A stretch of 64,000 nucleotides of DNA from Patescibacteria group bacterium (GTDB lineage Bacteria > Patescibacteriota > Microgenomatia > Levybacterales > UBA12049), in contig JBBTVD010000003.1 in assembly GCA_038063415.1 (NCBI GenBank), forward strand, positions 8,489 through 72,488. Reading direction: 5' to 3'. The notes beneath the pieces are model-generated. The model saw nothing but the letters and a program-made list of their open reading frames with translations, was not told the DNA's origin and did not search any database. Within the stretch, counting starts at the first letter, position 1, and each line of letters opens with the position of its first letter. The translations under genes were made by a program, and so were the position numbers. Positions 46,995 to 56,594 of the stretch are shown one piece after another.

Positions 46995-48518
46995 CTACTG
47001 CAAAACATTGATACGCTGTCTAAGCCTATCAAGTTTTGTCTGTACTCGATTACAGAATGATTGAATACGAGCTTGTACTTTCTTTTCCAACAACGTTGCC
47101 CGTTGTGCAACCGTGGGTTTACCTGCTGGAACGTACGTTACCATCGGTGTAACAGTAATCCCAACAGTTGGACTTGGTGTAACCGTCGGAGTTGCCATTA
47201 CTCCTTCTGCCTCATATATCGCAACCGGCCAGTACTTTCCTGTCAAAGAAAGAACGGCATACGAAGTCGTAAACGTCTCGCCTACTGAGGCTGTCTGCCA
47301 TTTGAAAGAACCATTTTCTTCCTGATTCCCTCGCAGATAAGCTTTTGCTTTATCGACAGGAGTTCCCGTTACATCCAATGCGGAGAGTGCCATCAGTGCC
47401 CAGGCCGTTGACGAAGCATTGGATGCTTCACCTGATAATGACCAGAATCCACCATCTGCATTTTGTGCTGCTAAGACATAGGCCTTTGCATTGGCAATAG
47501 CCAAAGGTAAGCCTGATGCTGCCAGTCCAGCTTTCTGTGCTGCAATCATAGCTTGGATTGCCGCCGCAGTATCATCAACATCGCTGTCTCCAGTAGTTGA
47601 CCAGCTAAATCCTCCATCGCTATTTTGCTCAGCGATGATAAATGTGAGCGTAGCTTGCTTTATGCTAAGCGAAGCATTGTCTCCTGCTGCGATAAGCGCA
47701 AGGAGCCCAAAGATATCATCATTTACCTGGGTCGTTGCACCAAGCTGAGAAGCTGTATAGTTACTCTCAAGCTGCCCGACATAATTTACTCCACCAAAAC
47801 TGTAGGGATTTTTGCCTGCCGCTGTGACTGCCAAGATGCCTCTTGCCCATTCACTTGCAGATGCTCCTACTGCTGGCGGTGTACCAATAAGGTATCCAAG
47901 CAAGTGAGTAGCATCTTTTTTAACAGATTCAGGATCTACCCCAGCTGCTGCAAAGGTTATGGCTGCCCAATGACTGACGCCAGAAAACCCGGTAATTTGC
48001 CCCGTTGGTTGTTGCTCAGAACGTAGGTAAGTCAGACCATCAGTAATTGCTCTTTTGGTGCTATCAATTAATGGGTCTTCAAAATGGAAATAAACGGAAT
48101 CTCCATTGGCAAGAAGCTGACTGGAGATACCTTGAGAAGCTGATGCTCCATTGAGATCGTATGACCAAAATGTTGAGAAATCAGAAGCTCCAGTATCAGA
48201 ACCAATCGACTGAAGGAACAAACCAAGTGATCCACCAAAATTCTTCACCGTATAGGCAAATCCACCAGTCTTGGCTGCCGCATCTAACGCACAAATGGCA
48301 TATGGCTGAGTAAAGTGATGAGACTGACCATCAGTATCACTGACAGTACAACCCTCAGTTGTGACATCTCCAAACCAAAGTGTTTTCTCTGAACCAACAA
48401 CTCGAACATGCGTCGCAATCGGTGCAGCAAAAACTGTTGGTGTATAATTTACCAGGGTACTAGTCGCGATGATCACGAAACTGAAGAGCGTTAGTACCCT
48501 TTTTTGTATTGTATTCAT
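46995..48518 (-). CDS. Secreted DUF4430 plus prenyltransferase/squalene-cyclase-repeat (alpha/alpha barrel) protein; putative cobalamin binder
   Basis: Signal peptide (..VFA|A); GLFLQSIG..FWSYDLNG..GISSQLLANGDSVYF; repeats QNSDGGF, QNADGGF, QEENGSF; DVDDTAAAIQA; ATG 48518 with SD GGGGGTGA. Confidence 0.75.
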   Translation of the reverse strand: MNTIQKRVLTLFSFVIIATSTLVNYTPTVFAAPIATHVRVVGSEKTLWFGDVTTEGCTVSDTDGQSHHFTQPYAICALDAAAKTGGFAYTVKNFGGSLGLFLQSIGSDTGASDFSTFWSYDLNGASASQGISSQLLANGDSVYFHFEDPLIDSTKRAITDGLTYLRSEQQPTGQITGFSGVSHWAAITFAAAGVDPESVKKDATHLLGYLIGTPPAVGASASEWARGILAVTAAGKNPYSFGGVNYVGQLESNYTASQLGATTQVNDDIFGLLALIAAGDNASLSIKQATLTFIIAEQNSDGGFSWSTTGDSDVDDTAAAIQAMIAAQKAGLAASGLPLAIANAKAYVLAAQNADGGFWSLSGEASNASSTAWALMALSALDVTGTPVDKAKAYLRGNQEENGSFKWQTASVGETFTTSYAVLSLTGKYWPVAIYEAEGVMATPTVTPSPTVGITVTPMVTYVPAGKPTVAQRATLLEKKVQARIQSFCNRVQTKLDRLRQRINVLQ

Positions 48519-48535
48519 ATTTTCACCCCCTTCCT

Positions 48536-49252
48536 TTACCCAAATTTCCACACAATGGTGTCATTTGGTTTCGGATGAGTTAGGGAACAACCAAGCGGAC
48601 TACTCCCATTGACGGTAAATGTCCAGTTGTTTTGGTAGCCATTTATTTCGACAACGTATCGACTATTAAGAGATGCCATATAGGAATCATCAAACGTAAC
48701 TGACACAATTTTGCCTGTGTCTTTTGCTTTTTGTAACAGATCACAGACATTCATCCCATTGGTAATCTCAATAGGAAAGCGGGATGAAGCAGTAGGATCT
48801 TGTATTTCCAAGGTGGCGGTAGCAACAGTACTGGTAGGAGTTGGCGTTGACGTTGCTGGTGTCTGAATAACCTCTGTTGTTGGAGATATTGTTTGTGTAG
48901 TCGTACTTGCTTGCTGCTTGGAAGACGTGTCTGATTGAGTAGGTACGGAAGTACTTGTCGGAGTGAGACTGGAATCGATGGTTCCTGTTGCAGCCAAATG
49001 TTTCACCGGTGAAGGAGGAACGATGGTTTGCTCACCAAGAACTTTCTTTTGTGCATCAGTTGGCTGGATAATTTTTTTGCTGGTGCTAGCAATGGAGGCA
49101 TTTTCTTGTCGTGCAGCTTCTGATTTGATGGTAGCTGTTCTCTGTGCGGAGAGCACAAAAGAAATTGATGCAGTCAAAACAAAGGTGAAAATGAGAAGAA
49201 ATACAGGAAAAAGTGCATGTTGAAAAAGTGGTTGTAGGCGTCGTGTACTCAT
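48536..49252 (-). CDS. Membrane-anchored DUF4430 protein with Thr/Ser/Pro-rich stalk
   Basis: N-terminal TM, low-complexity stalk, NVCDLLQKA..YVVEING..NWTFTVNG..GCSL..PKPNDTIVWKF; ATG 49252. Confidence 0.75.
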   Translation of the reverse strand: MSTRRLQPLFQHALFPVFLLIFTFVLTASISFVLSAQRTATIKSEAARQENASIASTSKKIIQPTDAQKKVLGEQTIVPPSPVKHLAATGTIDSSLTPTSTSVPTQSDTSSKQQASTTTQTISPTTEVIQTPATSTPTPTSTVATATLEIQDPTASSRFPIEITNGMNVCDLLQKAKDTGKIVSVTFDDSYMASLNSRYVVEINGYQNNWTFTVNGSSPLGCSLTHPKPNDTIVWKFG

Positions 49253-49360
49253 ATTTTTCTCCCTTTGCTCGAAGGAAAGAAAACACGGTATCAAAAATCT
49301 GCGATCTGACTGTAACAGTTACGGCATAGCGCTGAATCCCACAGCTTTCGGATTTTTGAC
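49253..49360 (-). ncRNA. Compact cobalamin (B12) riboswitch with SD-sequestering expression platform
   Basis: GUCAAAAAUC-CGAAA-GCUG-UGGGAUU-CAGC-GCUAUGCCGUAACUGU-UAC-AGUCAGA-UCGCA-GAUUUUUGAU, then hairpin UUCUUUCCUU-CGAGCA-AAGGGAGAA; UGCCG can kiss loop CGAGCA. Confidence 0.8.
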
Positions 49361-49429
49361 AGTTATGTTGTGTTCCAATTACTTAAACTACACTAAATAT
49401 GGATATTGGGTCAACTGGATCTTTATATA

Positions 49430-50518
49430 TCACGAATACTTTTCGCGAAGACGCATAAATGGCTTCTCAACACATCGATAGAGAACGTAGGAAGCAAGAA
49501 AAGCCGCAATGAGCGCGATAGGTGCCATATATTCAAGAGGCATTTTATCCAATAAATTACCTTTGACCAAATCAAACATCGGAAGATGAATAAGATAAAG
49601 TGAGTATGATAAAACACTTATCCAAGTAATAGGGACACTAATGGCCTTTATCTTACCCAAAAAATGATTAACAAACGTATTTTTCTCAAGGAAAGGAATA
49701 AGCAGCGCGATTGAGATACTTAACAGTGGGAAAGCAGCTACACGGGCAAACAATGATGTCTCAAGCACACCAAAAGGGAAGTATTTCCAGAATTGATAGG
49801 CAAGTCCAGCAATAATAGCCAGTGGAAGGATGATAAACCAGGGCTTTTGAAAGAGGCTATACCACGTTGATCGTTGCAGCTTCACCCCAGCCATAAGCAC
49901 CCCAATAATGAGCGAATCAAAACGGAAAAAGATATGTTTCCTCATATCATCAAATCCAGGCTGGAAGAAAAAGACATAGGCAAAACGAGCAAGCAATACA
50001 AAAATAATAAAGAGTAAAAGAAAATAAAGGATTTTCCCTTTGAAGAGTTTTATCTTGTAGGCGAAAAAGAGCAAGATGGGGAGAAGGAAATAAAACCACT
50101 CTTCAATTGCCAAGCTCCATGACACACCAAAGAAATTTAAGGCTTCATGGGAAAAGTTTTGCAGAAAAACAAAATGGAGTAAATGTGGATCAAATTGTTG
50201 CGTTGCAAAAGCTGCTGAACCAACAAACGTTATGAGCAGGACGTAATAAAGTGGGAGTGTCCGAAACCATCGCCGGATATAAAATCGTTTAACGGTATGA
50301 GCATGTATGCCCTCTCCAAATTCACGAAGTACAATCCCACCAATAAGAAATCCACTCAAAACGAAAAATAATTCGACACCAAGAATACCCAAAATGTCTC
50401 CGATAAGTGTTGATTTTGGGAAGGCAATAAAATAGTTAAAAACGTGATTAATCAGTACAAAGATAATTGCTGTTGCACGCAAAAGATCCAATCCAAAATT
50501 TCTCGTTTTCATCTGCAT
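49430..50518 (-). CDS. Acyltransferase family 3 (OafA-like)
   Basis: GLDLLRA, GVELFFVLSGFLI, RRWFRTLP, SWSLAIEEWFY, SYSLYLIH, VEKP. Confidence 0.92.
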   Translation of the reverse strand: MQMKTRNFGLDLLRATAIIFVLINHVFNYFIAFPKSTLIGDILGILGVELFFVLSGFLIGGIVLREFGEGIHAHTVKRFYIRRWFRTLPLYYVLLITFVGSAAFATQQFDPHLLHFVFLQNFSHEALNFFGVSWSLAIEEWFYFLLPILLFFAYKIKLFKGKILYFLLLFIIFVLLARFAYVFFFQPGFDDMRKHIFFRFDSLIIGVLMAGVKLQRSTWYSLFQKPWFIILPLAIIAGLAYQFWKYFPFGVLETSLFARVAAFPLLSISIALLIPFLEKNTFVNHFLGKIKAISVPITWISVLSYSLYLIHLPMFDLVKGNLLDKMPLEYMAPIALIAAFLASYVLYRCVEKPFMRLREKYS

Positions 50519-50534
50519 TTTATAGTAGCATAGT

Positions 50535-51119
50535 TTATTTCTTTTTGTGCAGAGAGGCACTGATGAGGAAGAACGTTACTCCTGCACCAGCGATGCCACC
50601 AACCAAAAGGATGCCGATAAAAAACCAGATACGCTTGCTAAGCTCTTCTGCTGCAAAAAAAGATGCAGGTTCACGAGCCCGTATTTCTATGCCTGCACTT
50701 TCTTTTTCAACATCACTCCCCCACTGAAAATCAATATCGTAGGTGGCATCTTCAGTAAAGGTATATTCTATCCCAACGGTACCGCTACTATCGGTAAGTA
50801 CTTTCTCTGTATGGAGTGTTTTTGTCTCAGTTTGTGCTTCTTGCCCAACATATTGATTTACCTGTAATTTTTCAACCAACATCTCTCCTTGAAGGTTTGG
50901 TATCGGATTGCCATTGGTATCCGTAATCGAAAAAGATACAGCAACTTCTTCACCAACAAAAGGAGAGCGTGGATTTTGCGTAATCTGTACCTGATATTGA
51001 TCAAATGTGCCTACAGAACGCATCTCTGTACTGGAATGGGCAGAGACAGCTACCGCACCAAATGAGAAAAAGAGAGCTGAGAAAAAAACACTTATGCCGT
51101 AGAAGAAAGGATAGTGCAT
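50535..51119 (-). CDS. Exported beta-rich protein with C-terminal TM
   Basis: Signal peptide (VSA|H), Ig-like beta pattern, C-terminal TM and HKKK. Confidence 0.6.
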   Translation of the reverse strand: MHYPFFYGISVFFSALFFSFGAVAVSAHSSTEMRSVGTFDQYQVQITQNPRSPFVGEEVAVSFSITDTNGNPIPNLQGEMLVEKLQVNQYVGQEAQTETKTLHTEKVLTDSSGTVGIEYTFTEDATYDIDFQWGSDVEKESAGIEIRAREPASFFAAEELSKRIWFFIGILLVGGIAGAGVTFFLISASLHKKK

Positions 51120-51182
51120 AGAGACAATTTATTATAGAAGAAACTATTTACTTTACACAATGCGGTATAATAATGTGCTCAT

Positions 51183-51836
51183 ATGGAAGACGTAACGATC
51201 ACCCGTTCCTTTAGTAGAAAAAGCCTTTCGCTACATATCGAATCTGATGGAAGCATCTTGGTCAAAGCACCCTTTTTTATTACAAAGGGAACTATTCATG
51301 CTTTTATCAAAAAGCATGAAGCTTGGATCACCAAAAAACAATTAGCTTTACGAGAAAGATCGATAGAAAAAGCCTCTGATAACTATCTTTATTTGGGCAA
51401 GGTATATGAACTCGTCGTGAGGTCAAACCAAAAAAACATTATAGAACTTGAAGATAAGCTCTACATTGGCAGCGCCAATAAAAAATTGGCTAGCACCTAT
51501 CTGACGAGCTGGTACAAACAACAGGCCCGGAAGCTAATCGTTGAACGAGCACAACGCTATGCAAAAATTACTGGAGTAACGTACCGTTCAATCAAAATAA
51601 CAACAGCAACAACACGGTGGGGTTCCTGTAGTAGCCAAAAAACACTCAACTTTAATTGGAAGCTCATTATGGCACCAATAGAAGTACTCGATTATGTCGT
51701 CGCACACGAACTAGCACATCTTTCGGAAATGAACCATTCACGAGCTTTCTGGGAAACGGTGAGAAAAATGTATCCTTTGTATCGAGAATATCGCACCTGG
51801 CTAAAAAGATACGGACATAGCCTTACCGTCGAGTGA
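51183..51836 (+). CDS. YgjP/DUF45-family zinc metallohydrolase
   Basis: RKSLSL, TRWGSCS, LNFNWKL, DYVVAHELAH, NHSRAFW. Confidence 0.9.
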   Translation: MEDVTITRSFSRKSLSLHIESDGSILVKAPFFITKGTIHAFIKKHEAWITKKQLALRERSIEKASDNYLYLGKVYELVVRSNQKNIIELEDKLYIGSANKKLASTYLTSWYKQQARKLIVERAQRYAKITGVTYRSIKITTATTRWGSCSSQKTLNFNWKLIMAPIEVLDYVVAHELAHLSEMNHSRAFWETVRKMYPLYREYRTWLKRYGHSLTVE

Positions 51837-51872
51837 GAATTGTAAGATTTTGGACACAATACATAAAAGAGG

Positions 51873-51901
51873 TTGACAGGATAGAGAAAATAATTTAAGC
51901 T
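51873..51901 (+). promoter_or_regulatory. Sigma70 promoter (leaderless start 51908)
   Basis: TTGACA-N17-TAAGCT, 6 nt, ATG. Confidence 0.65.
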
Positions 51902-51907
51902 ATATTT

Positions 51908-52234
51908 ATGGATCAAGGCAATACACCAAACGGGACAGACCAATCAACTCCAGTAATTCCTACAGTGCCAGTAGAGACTCCTTCGAGTAGTAGTACTATG
52001 GGAGATGCAAGTACGCCAGCAACAACAACGACACCTGAGCCAGTTATCCCTCCAGCGCCTTTATCACCTGAACCGACATCTCAGACACCAGAAGTTCCTG
52101 TTATGCCAGAGCCAAGTCAATCAACTCCTGAAGTAACCACACCAGAAACTCCTGCGGCACCGATTAATCCAATGCCTGAATCACCTATGCCAAATACAAC
52201 ACCTGTAGAACCTCCTACAACTCCTCAAGCATAA
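51908..52234 (+). CDS. Pro/Thr-rich intrinsically disordered protein
   Basis: 108 aa dominated by P, T, S, E; own promoter. Confidence 0.65.
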   Translation: MDQGNTPNGTDQSTPVIPTVPVETPSSSSTMGDASTPATTTTPEPVIPPAPLSPEPTSQTPEVPVMPEPSQSTPEVTTPETPAAPINPMPESPMPNTTPVEPPTTPQA

Positions 52235-52267
52235 TACGAGTTTTATAGTAAATGTTATAATAATCAG

Positions 52268-53488
52268 ATGAAACAGAAGACTATTCTCTTAGGAGTTACC
52301 AGTGGCATTGCCGCGTATAAAACACTTGACCTCATAGCACTCCTTCGTAAAGAAGGCCATAACGTTTTGGTTATCATGACACAAGCTGCCACAAAAATGC
52401 TCCCACCAAAAGAGTTAGAAAAAGCATCAGGCAATCCTGTAGTGTATGACATGTTTCCAAAAGATTTTCAGTACAAAAAAGTTCTTGCATCGCGATCTGT
52501 TGACCATATTGCGCTTGCTGATACAGCAGATCTTATGGTGATTGCCCCAACAACAGCAAATACCCTTGCTAAACTTGCTCATGGTATCGCTGATAATCTT
52601 CTTACCACAACTGCCCTCGCAGTAACTGCACCGATTATGCTTTGTCCTTCAATGAATGTGCATATGTGGGAGAATCCTGCAATTCAGGACAATCTTTTTG
52701 TTCTCAAAAAACGAAGCTTCCACATCATCAATCCTGAATCTGGCATGCTGGCTTGCGGCTATGAAGGTATGGGCAAACTAGCAAATGTCAACACCATTTT
52801 TACTGAAATAAAAAAACAACTCACCATGCAACAATCATTCCAAGGCAAAAAAATTCTGGTTACCGCAGGTGGAACAACAGAGAAAATTGATGACGTCAGA
52901 TATATAACCAACAGAAGTTCAGGGAAAATGGGTGCTGCAATAGCTGAAGAGTATGCTCGAAGAGGTGCTGACGTATTGCTCCTTCGGGCAGCTACAGCGG
53001 TGAGAACCACTCATCACATTAAGGAAAAAACCTTTTCTTCTTCAGAAGACCTTCTTGCCCTGCTAAAAAATTATGTGACTGACTACGACTACATCTATCA
53101 CACTGCAGCAGTTTCAGATTTTGCTGTCAGCAATAAAATTACAGGAAAAATCTCGAGCAAAAAAGCTGTTACCCTTCATTTGAAACCTCAGGTCAAAATA
53201 CTTGACCAAATTAAAAAAATGAACCCAAATATTAGACTGATTGCTTTTAAAGCAGAATCCCTTTCTGACAGAAAGAAGCTCACAGCAATTGCTTATAAAC
53301 GTCTTAAAGAAGCCGGCGCAGCTGCTATCGTTGCTAATGATATTAGTAAAAACGATCGTGGCTTCGGGACAGAGACCAATGAAGTGTCTATCATACTTGC
53401 TGATGGATCAAGCACATTTATTCCATTACAGACAAAACAACAGGTTGCCCATGAAATTATTGACTATGTGACTCAAAATATTACTTAA
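52268..53488 (+). CDS. coaBC: Bifunctional phosphopantothenoylcysteine decarboxylase/synthase
   Basis: GVTSGIAAYK, APTTANTLAKLAHGIAD, PSMNVHMW, GMLACG, VTAGGT, NRSSGKMG, AAVSDF. Confidence 0.95.
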   Translation: MKQKTILLGVTSGIAAYKTLDLIALLRKEGHNVLVIMTQAATKMLPPKELEKASGNPVVYDMFPKDFQYKKVLASRSVDHIALADTADLMVIAPTTANTLAKLAHGIADNLLTTTALAVTAPIMLCPSMNVHMWENPAIQDNLFVLKKRSFHIINPESGMLACGYEGMGKLANVNTIFTEIKKQLTMQQSFQGKKILVTAGGTTEKIDDVRYITNRSSGKMGAAIAEEYARRGADVLLLRAATAVRTTHHIKEKTFSSSEDLLALLKNYVTDYDYIYHTAAVSDFAVSNKITGKISSKKAVTLHLKPQVKILDQIKKMNPNIRLIAFKAESLSDRKKLTAIAYKRLKEAGAAAIVANDISKNDRGFGTETNEVSIILADGSSTFIPLQTKQQVAHEIIDYVTQNIT

Positions 53489-53972
53489 GAACACGAAGTA
53501 ATTGCTTCTTTAGCGCTTCCTCTCCATCGCTATTATTAGTGATTGCAATATACGAAAGCGTAGATGGCTCAAAAGAACGTACCATCTTTTTCGCATATAC
53601 AAGATCGAGGGGAAATTTTTTCCTCTTTTGGAGACGTTGCTCACGAATTAGTTCTTGTGTTTCTATAAGGAAAAATGTGGACTCAGGAAATGCCGCAAGA
53701 AATGCTTCACGATATTTTTCTTTAATAAACGTTTGGGAGATTACCAGCTTTTCTGTATGCTTCTGTAGTTTCTGAACACTTTTGATAAGCTTTACAAAAA
53801 AGACATCCCGCATGCTATCCGTAACGATAGCTCTTTTTTGAATTGCTTCCAGCATATTTGGAGGAAGATCGAGATCTCCATCATGAAGATAGTAGCCGAA
53901 GTTCTTTTGCAAGAGCTCCCCAACAAATGTTTTCCCCGCTCCCGGTAACCCAAATAAAACGAGTATTTCCAT
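53481..53972 (-). CDS. P-loop kinase (gluconate kinase-like)
   Basis: LFGLPGAGKT, HDGD, REQRLQKR; TATACT 6 nt before ATG 53972. Confidence 0.75.
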   Translation of the reverse strand: MEILVLFGLPGAGKTFVGELLQKNFGYYLHDGDLDLPPNMLEAIQKRAIVTDSMRDVFFVKLIKSVQKLQKHTEKLVISQTFIKEKYREAFLAAFPESTFFLIETQELIREQRLQKRKKFPLDLVYAKKMVRSFEPSTLSYIAITNNSDGEEALKKQLLRVLK

Positions 53973-54120
53973 TGAGAAAGTATAGCACAGCAACCAATTG
54001 TTACTTTGGCTTCTTTTGCCAGGCCCATATAGTTATCGTGTAGCAAATGATACATGGTGAAACAAGAGTTATACTACGCGCTCTCTGTTCAAAAGACGGT
54101 TGTTTGCGTATAATCGTTAT

Positions 54121-54786
54121 ATGCGGGAAGTAAAGATTGATGCATCATGGAAAAAAGCACTTGCGGGAGAATTTCAAAAACCATACTGGGAAGAACTTAC
54201 CAGTTTTACCCGCGAGCAATACACGACAAAAAAAGTGTATCCACCAGCACCCAATATATTCCGAGCATTTGATCTCTGTCCTTTTGACTCGGTCAAAGTA
54301 GTTATTGTCGGACAAGATCCCTATCATGGAGCTGGACAAGCAAATGGCTTATCCTTTGCCGTCAATGAAAAGGTGCCACTGCCTCCATCGCTAAAAAATA
54401 TCTATCAGGAAATCCGAAACGACTTGGGTATTGCCCCACTCCAATCAGGAGACCTTTCGAGGTGGGCTACCCAGGGAGTACTCATGCTCAACAGTGTCCT
54501 CACCGTTGCAGCAGGACAGCCAACATCACATGCAGGCAAAGGGTGGGAACAATTTACCGATGCTGCGATTCAGGTACTGACTGCAAAAAGGAACCATATT
54601 GTCTATATGCTCTGGGGAAGATACGCACAAAACAAAGGTGCCGTCATTGATCGGGAAAATAATTTAGTGTTGCAATCAGGACATCCCTCTCCTTATTCTG
54701 CATCACTTTTTTTTAACAAACATCATTTTAGTCAGACCAATAAGTATCTTGAAGAAAATGAGCTCTCCCCGATTGATTGGCACTAG
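54121..54786 (+). CDS. ung: Uracil-DNA glycosylase family 1
   Basis: GQDPYH, NGLSF, PPSLKNIY, GVLMLN, LWG, HPSP; TATAAT 6 nt before ATG 54121. Confidence 0.96.
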   Translation: MREVKIDASWKKALAGEFQKPYWEELTSFTREQYTTKKVYPPAPNIFRAFDLCPFDSVKVVIVGQDPYHGAGQANGLSFAVNEKVPLPPSLKNIYQEIRNDLGIAPLQSGDLSRWATQGVLMLNSVLTVAAGQPTSHAGKGWEQFTDAAIQVLTAKRNHIVYMLWGRYAQNKGAVIDRENNLVLQSGHPSPYSASLFFNKHHFSQTNKYLEENELSPIDWH

Positions 54787-54857
54787 AGAAGCCTGCCAAT
54801 AATTCCTGCAACTATTAGTGAGGCAAGAAACAGAGCGATAGCCCAATGAGTCCCAAG
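54783..54857 (-). pseudogene. Orphan 3' end of a membrane-protein gene
   Basis: LGTHWAIALFLASLIVAGIIGRLL*; no start codon, bounded upstream by TAG within an agctag/ctagct inverted repeat. Confidence 0.35.
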
Positions 54858-54884
54858 CTAGTAATTACTTCTAGCTAAATAGGT

Positions 54885-56594
54885 TTAAAGTGAAACGTTA
54901 TTTACAATATTATTGTAGAGGTTTTCTGTAGTTTGATTAGGAAGCAGTTCTTTGGCTTTTTGTGCTTCTATGAGTGCACTTTTTTTGTTACCAAGCTTAT
55001 AATCCGCTACTGCTTGAATAAACCATAAACTGCCGTTCTCAGGAAATTTTTTAAGCCCTTCTTCGCTTATTTTTTGTGCTTGAATAAATTCTCCTTTCTG
55101 CTGTATAAGCATACGAGCAAGATTGTAATAGACAACGCCGTTATCATCAACAAGAAGTCCCTTCTTATACACTTCTTCCGCTCGTGGGAAATTCCTTTCC
55201 ATTTCATAATTGCCTGCAAGATTGACATAAAGTGCTGTTTCTCGTGGATTTCGAGTAAGTAATGCTGCGAAGTGTTGTTCTGCTTTACGATATCTACCAG
55301 CAGTTACTAATTCAATGGCAAGTGCATTTTGAATTCTATCATTTGTCTGATATTGTATATCATTACTGTAAAGGGCAAGCCCATTTACCCAGTTAGTATT
55401 ACGAATCATTGTTCGAAAAGAGAAAATAATAATAATGATAATTGCGAAAGCTATTCCCGCATATCTTATAGGTAAAGGTATCCGTTTTATCGTAGACACG
55501 CAAACGCCGATTAATCCTAAAGCTCCAATCATTGCGAAATAAAAATATCGATCAGCAACTGTAAAATCAAGCGGTATTATTTGCATATGTACTCCAATCC
55601 CAACTGAAACCCACACCATGAAAAAAATAAATCCTGAAAAATTACGTTTGTTTGTTTTCAATACCCAGATTCCTAAGAGAAAAATTCCTGTAAGAACAAG
55701 GATTGCTAGTATCAATGGTATGTAGAATTGTTCTCCTAAACCTGGAATGCTCCAGAGTTGTAAGATAAATAAATCTTTTGGGAAAAAGAACGTCTCTATA
55801 TAGAACCAAACTATTGCCGGCATGGTAAAAACACGATCGGCAAGCGGAGCAGTCATCATAGGAACATCCGGTATTTTTTCAATATGTACATTTGCTAGAA
55901 TAAATCGCAGAAAGAGGTAACCAATAAACGGAATTATTGTAAGAGCAATAACTGCTAAGAAGTTCCATCGCTTACGGGCAAAAAGAAAATAATAGCTAAC
56001 AATTAGTATCAAGAAGACGATGCCTGTTTCTTTAGCAAAAAGAGAACAAAGAAGGAGTATCCCTACAAAAATAGCTTGTTTTATGCCAGCCTTTCTCTGA
56101 AATAGAAGTAAAGCTGTCAAGCCAAAAAATACAAAAAGTGGTTCTCCCAAAGCAGAGATGTAAGATACAGCCTCCACATTTAATGGATGAATTAAAAAAA
56201 TCATTGCCAATATAAAAGCGATCTGGTCTTTAATAATTTTTTTGAAGACAAAGAATATAAGAATTGTATTTGTAATATGAATAGCAATTTGCGTGAGGTG
56301 GAAAAGAAAAGGTTGTGCTCCAGTTATCGCATAGATGATAGAAAAAATAAATGACATAAGTGGGCGATAGTATGTCCCAGTGCCCGTTATACCACTTTGA
56401 GGGGCATATGTCCCGCCAAGAAACAGGGAGGGTACATTTGCTAATGAATGAATAAGACTATTTTGTTGTATTTGTGCGATGTCGTCCCATATAAATGCCC
56501 CAAAAAGACTGTTAAAATAAACAAGAAATCCTATTCCTATAAATAATAGATATTTTTTATATTTCTCTAAAAACGTATTTTCTTCAAGATTCAT
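54885..56594 (-). CDS. GT-C glycosyltransferase with C-terminal TPRs (TMTC-like)
   Basis: FIWDD, YYRPL, FLIHPLNVEAVSYI, LFAKE, ADRYFY, RNTNW then TPR helices; ATG 56594. Confidence 0.82.
   Translation of the reverse strand: MNLEENTFLEKYKKYLLFIGIGFLVYFNSLFGAFIWDDIAQIQQNSLIHSLANVPSLFLGGTYAPQSGITGTGTYYRPLMSFIFSIIYAITGAQPFLFHLTQIAIHITNTILIFFVFKKIIKDQIAFILAMIFLIHPLNVEAVSYISALGEPLFVFFGLTALLLFQRKAGIKQAIFVGILLLCSLFAKETGIVFLILIVSYYFLFARKRWNFLAVIALTIIPFIGYLFLRFILANVHIEKIPDVPMMTAPLADRVFTMPAIVWFYIETFFFPKDLFILQLWSIPGLGEQFYIPLILAILVLTGIFLLGIWVLKTNKRNFSGFIFFMVWVSVGIGVHMQIIPLDFTVADRYFYFAMIGALGLIGVCVSTIKRIPLPIRYAGIAFAIIIIIIFSFRTMIRNTNWVNGLALYSNDIQYQTNDRIQNALAIELVTAGRYRKAEQHFAALLTRNPRETALYVNLAGNYEMERNFPRAEEVYKKGLLVDDNGVVYYNLARMLIQQKGEFIQAQKISEEGLKKFPENGSLWFIQAVADYKLGNKKSALIEAQKAKELLPNQTTENLYNNIVNNVSL

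Noticed and set aside
46995-48518. Squalene-hopene cyclase or terpene biosynthesis gene (given nearby idi)
   Set aside because: It has a signal peptide, a single barrel, a DUF4430-like domain and a B12 riboswitch context; the DVDD string alone is insufficient, though an assay would be needed to exclude activity.
49253-49294. ORF-track start at TTG 49294
   Set aside because: It lies within the riboswitch; the SD AGGGAG points to ATG 49252.
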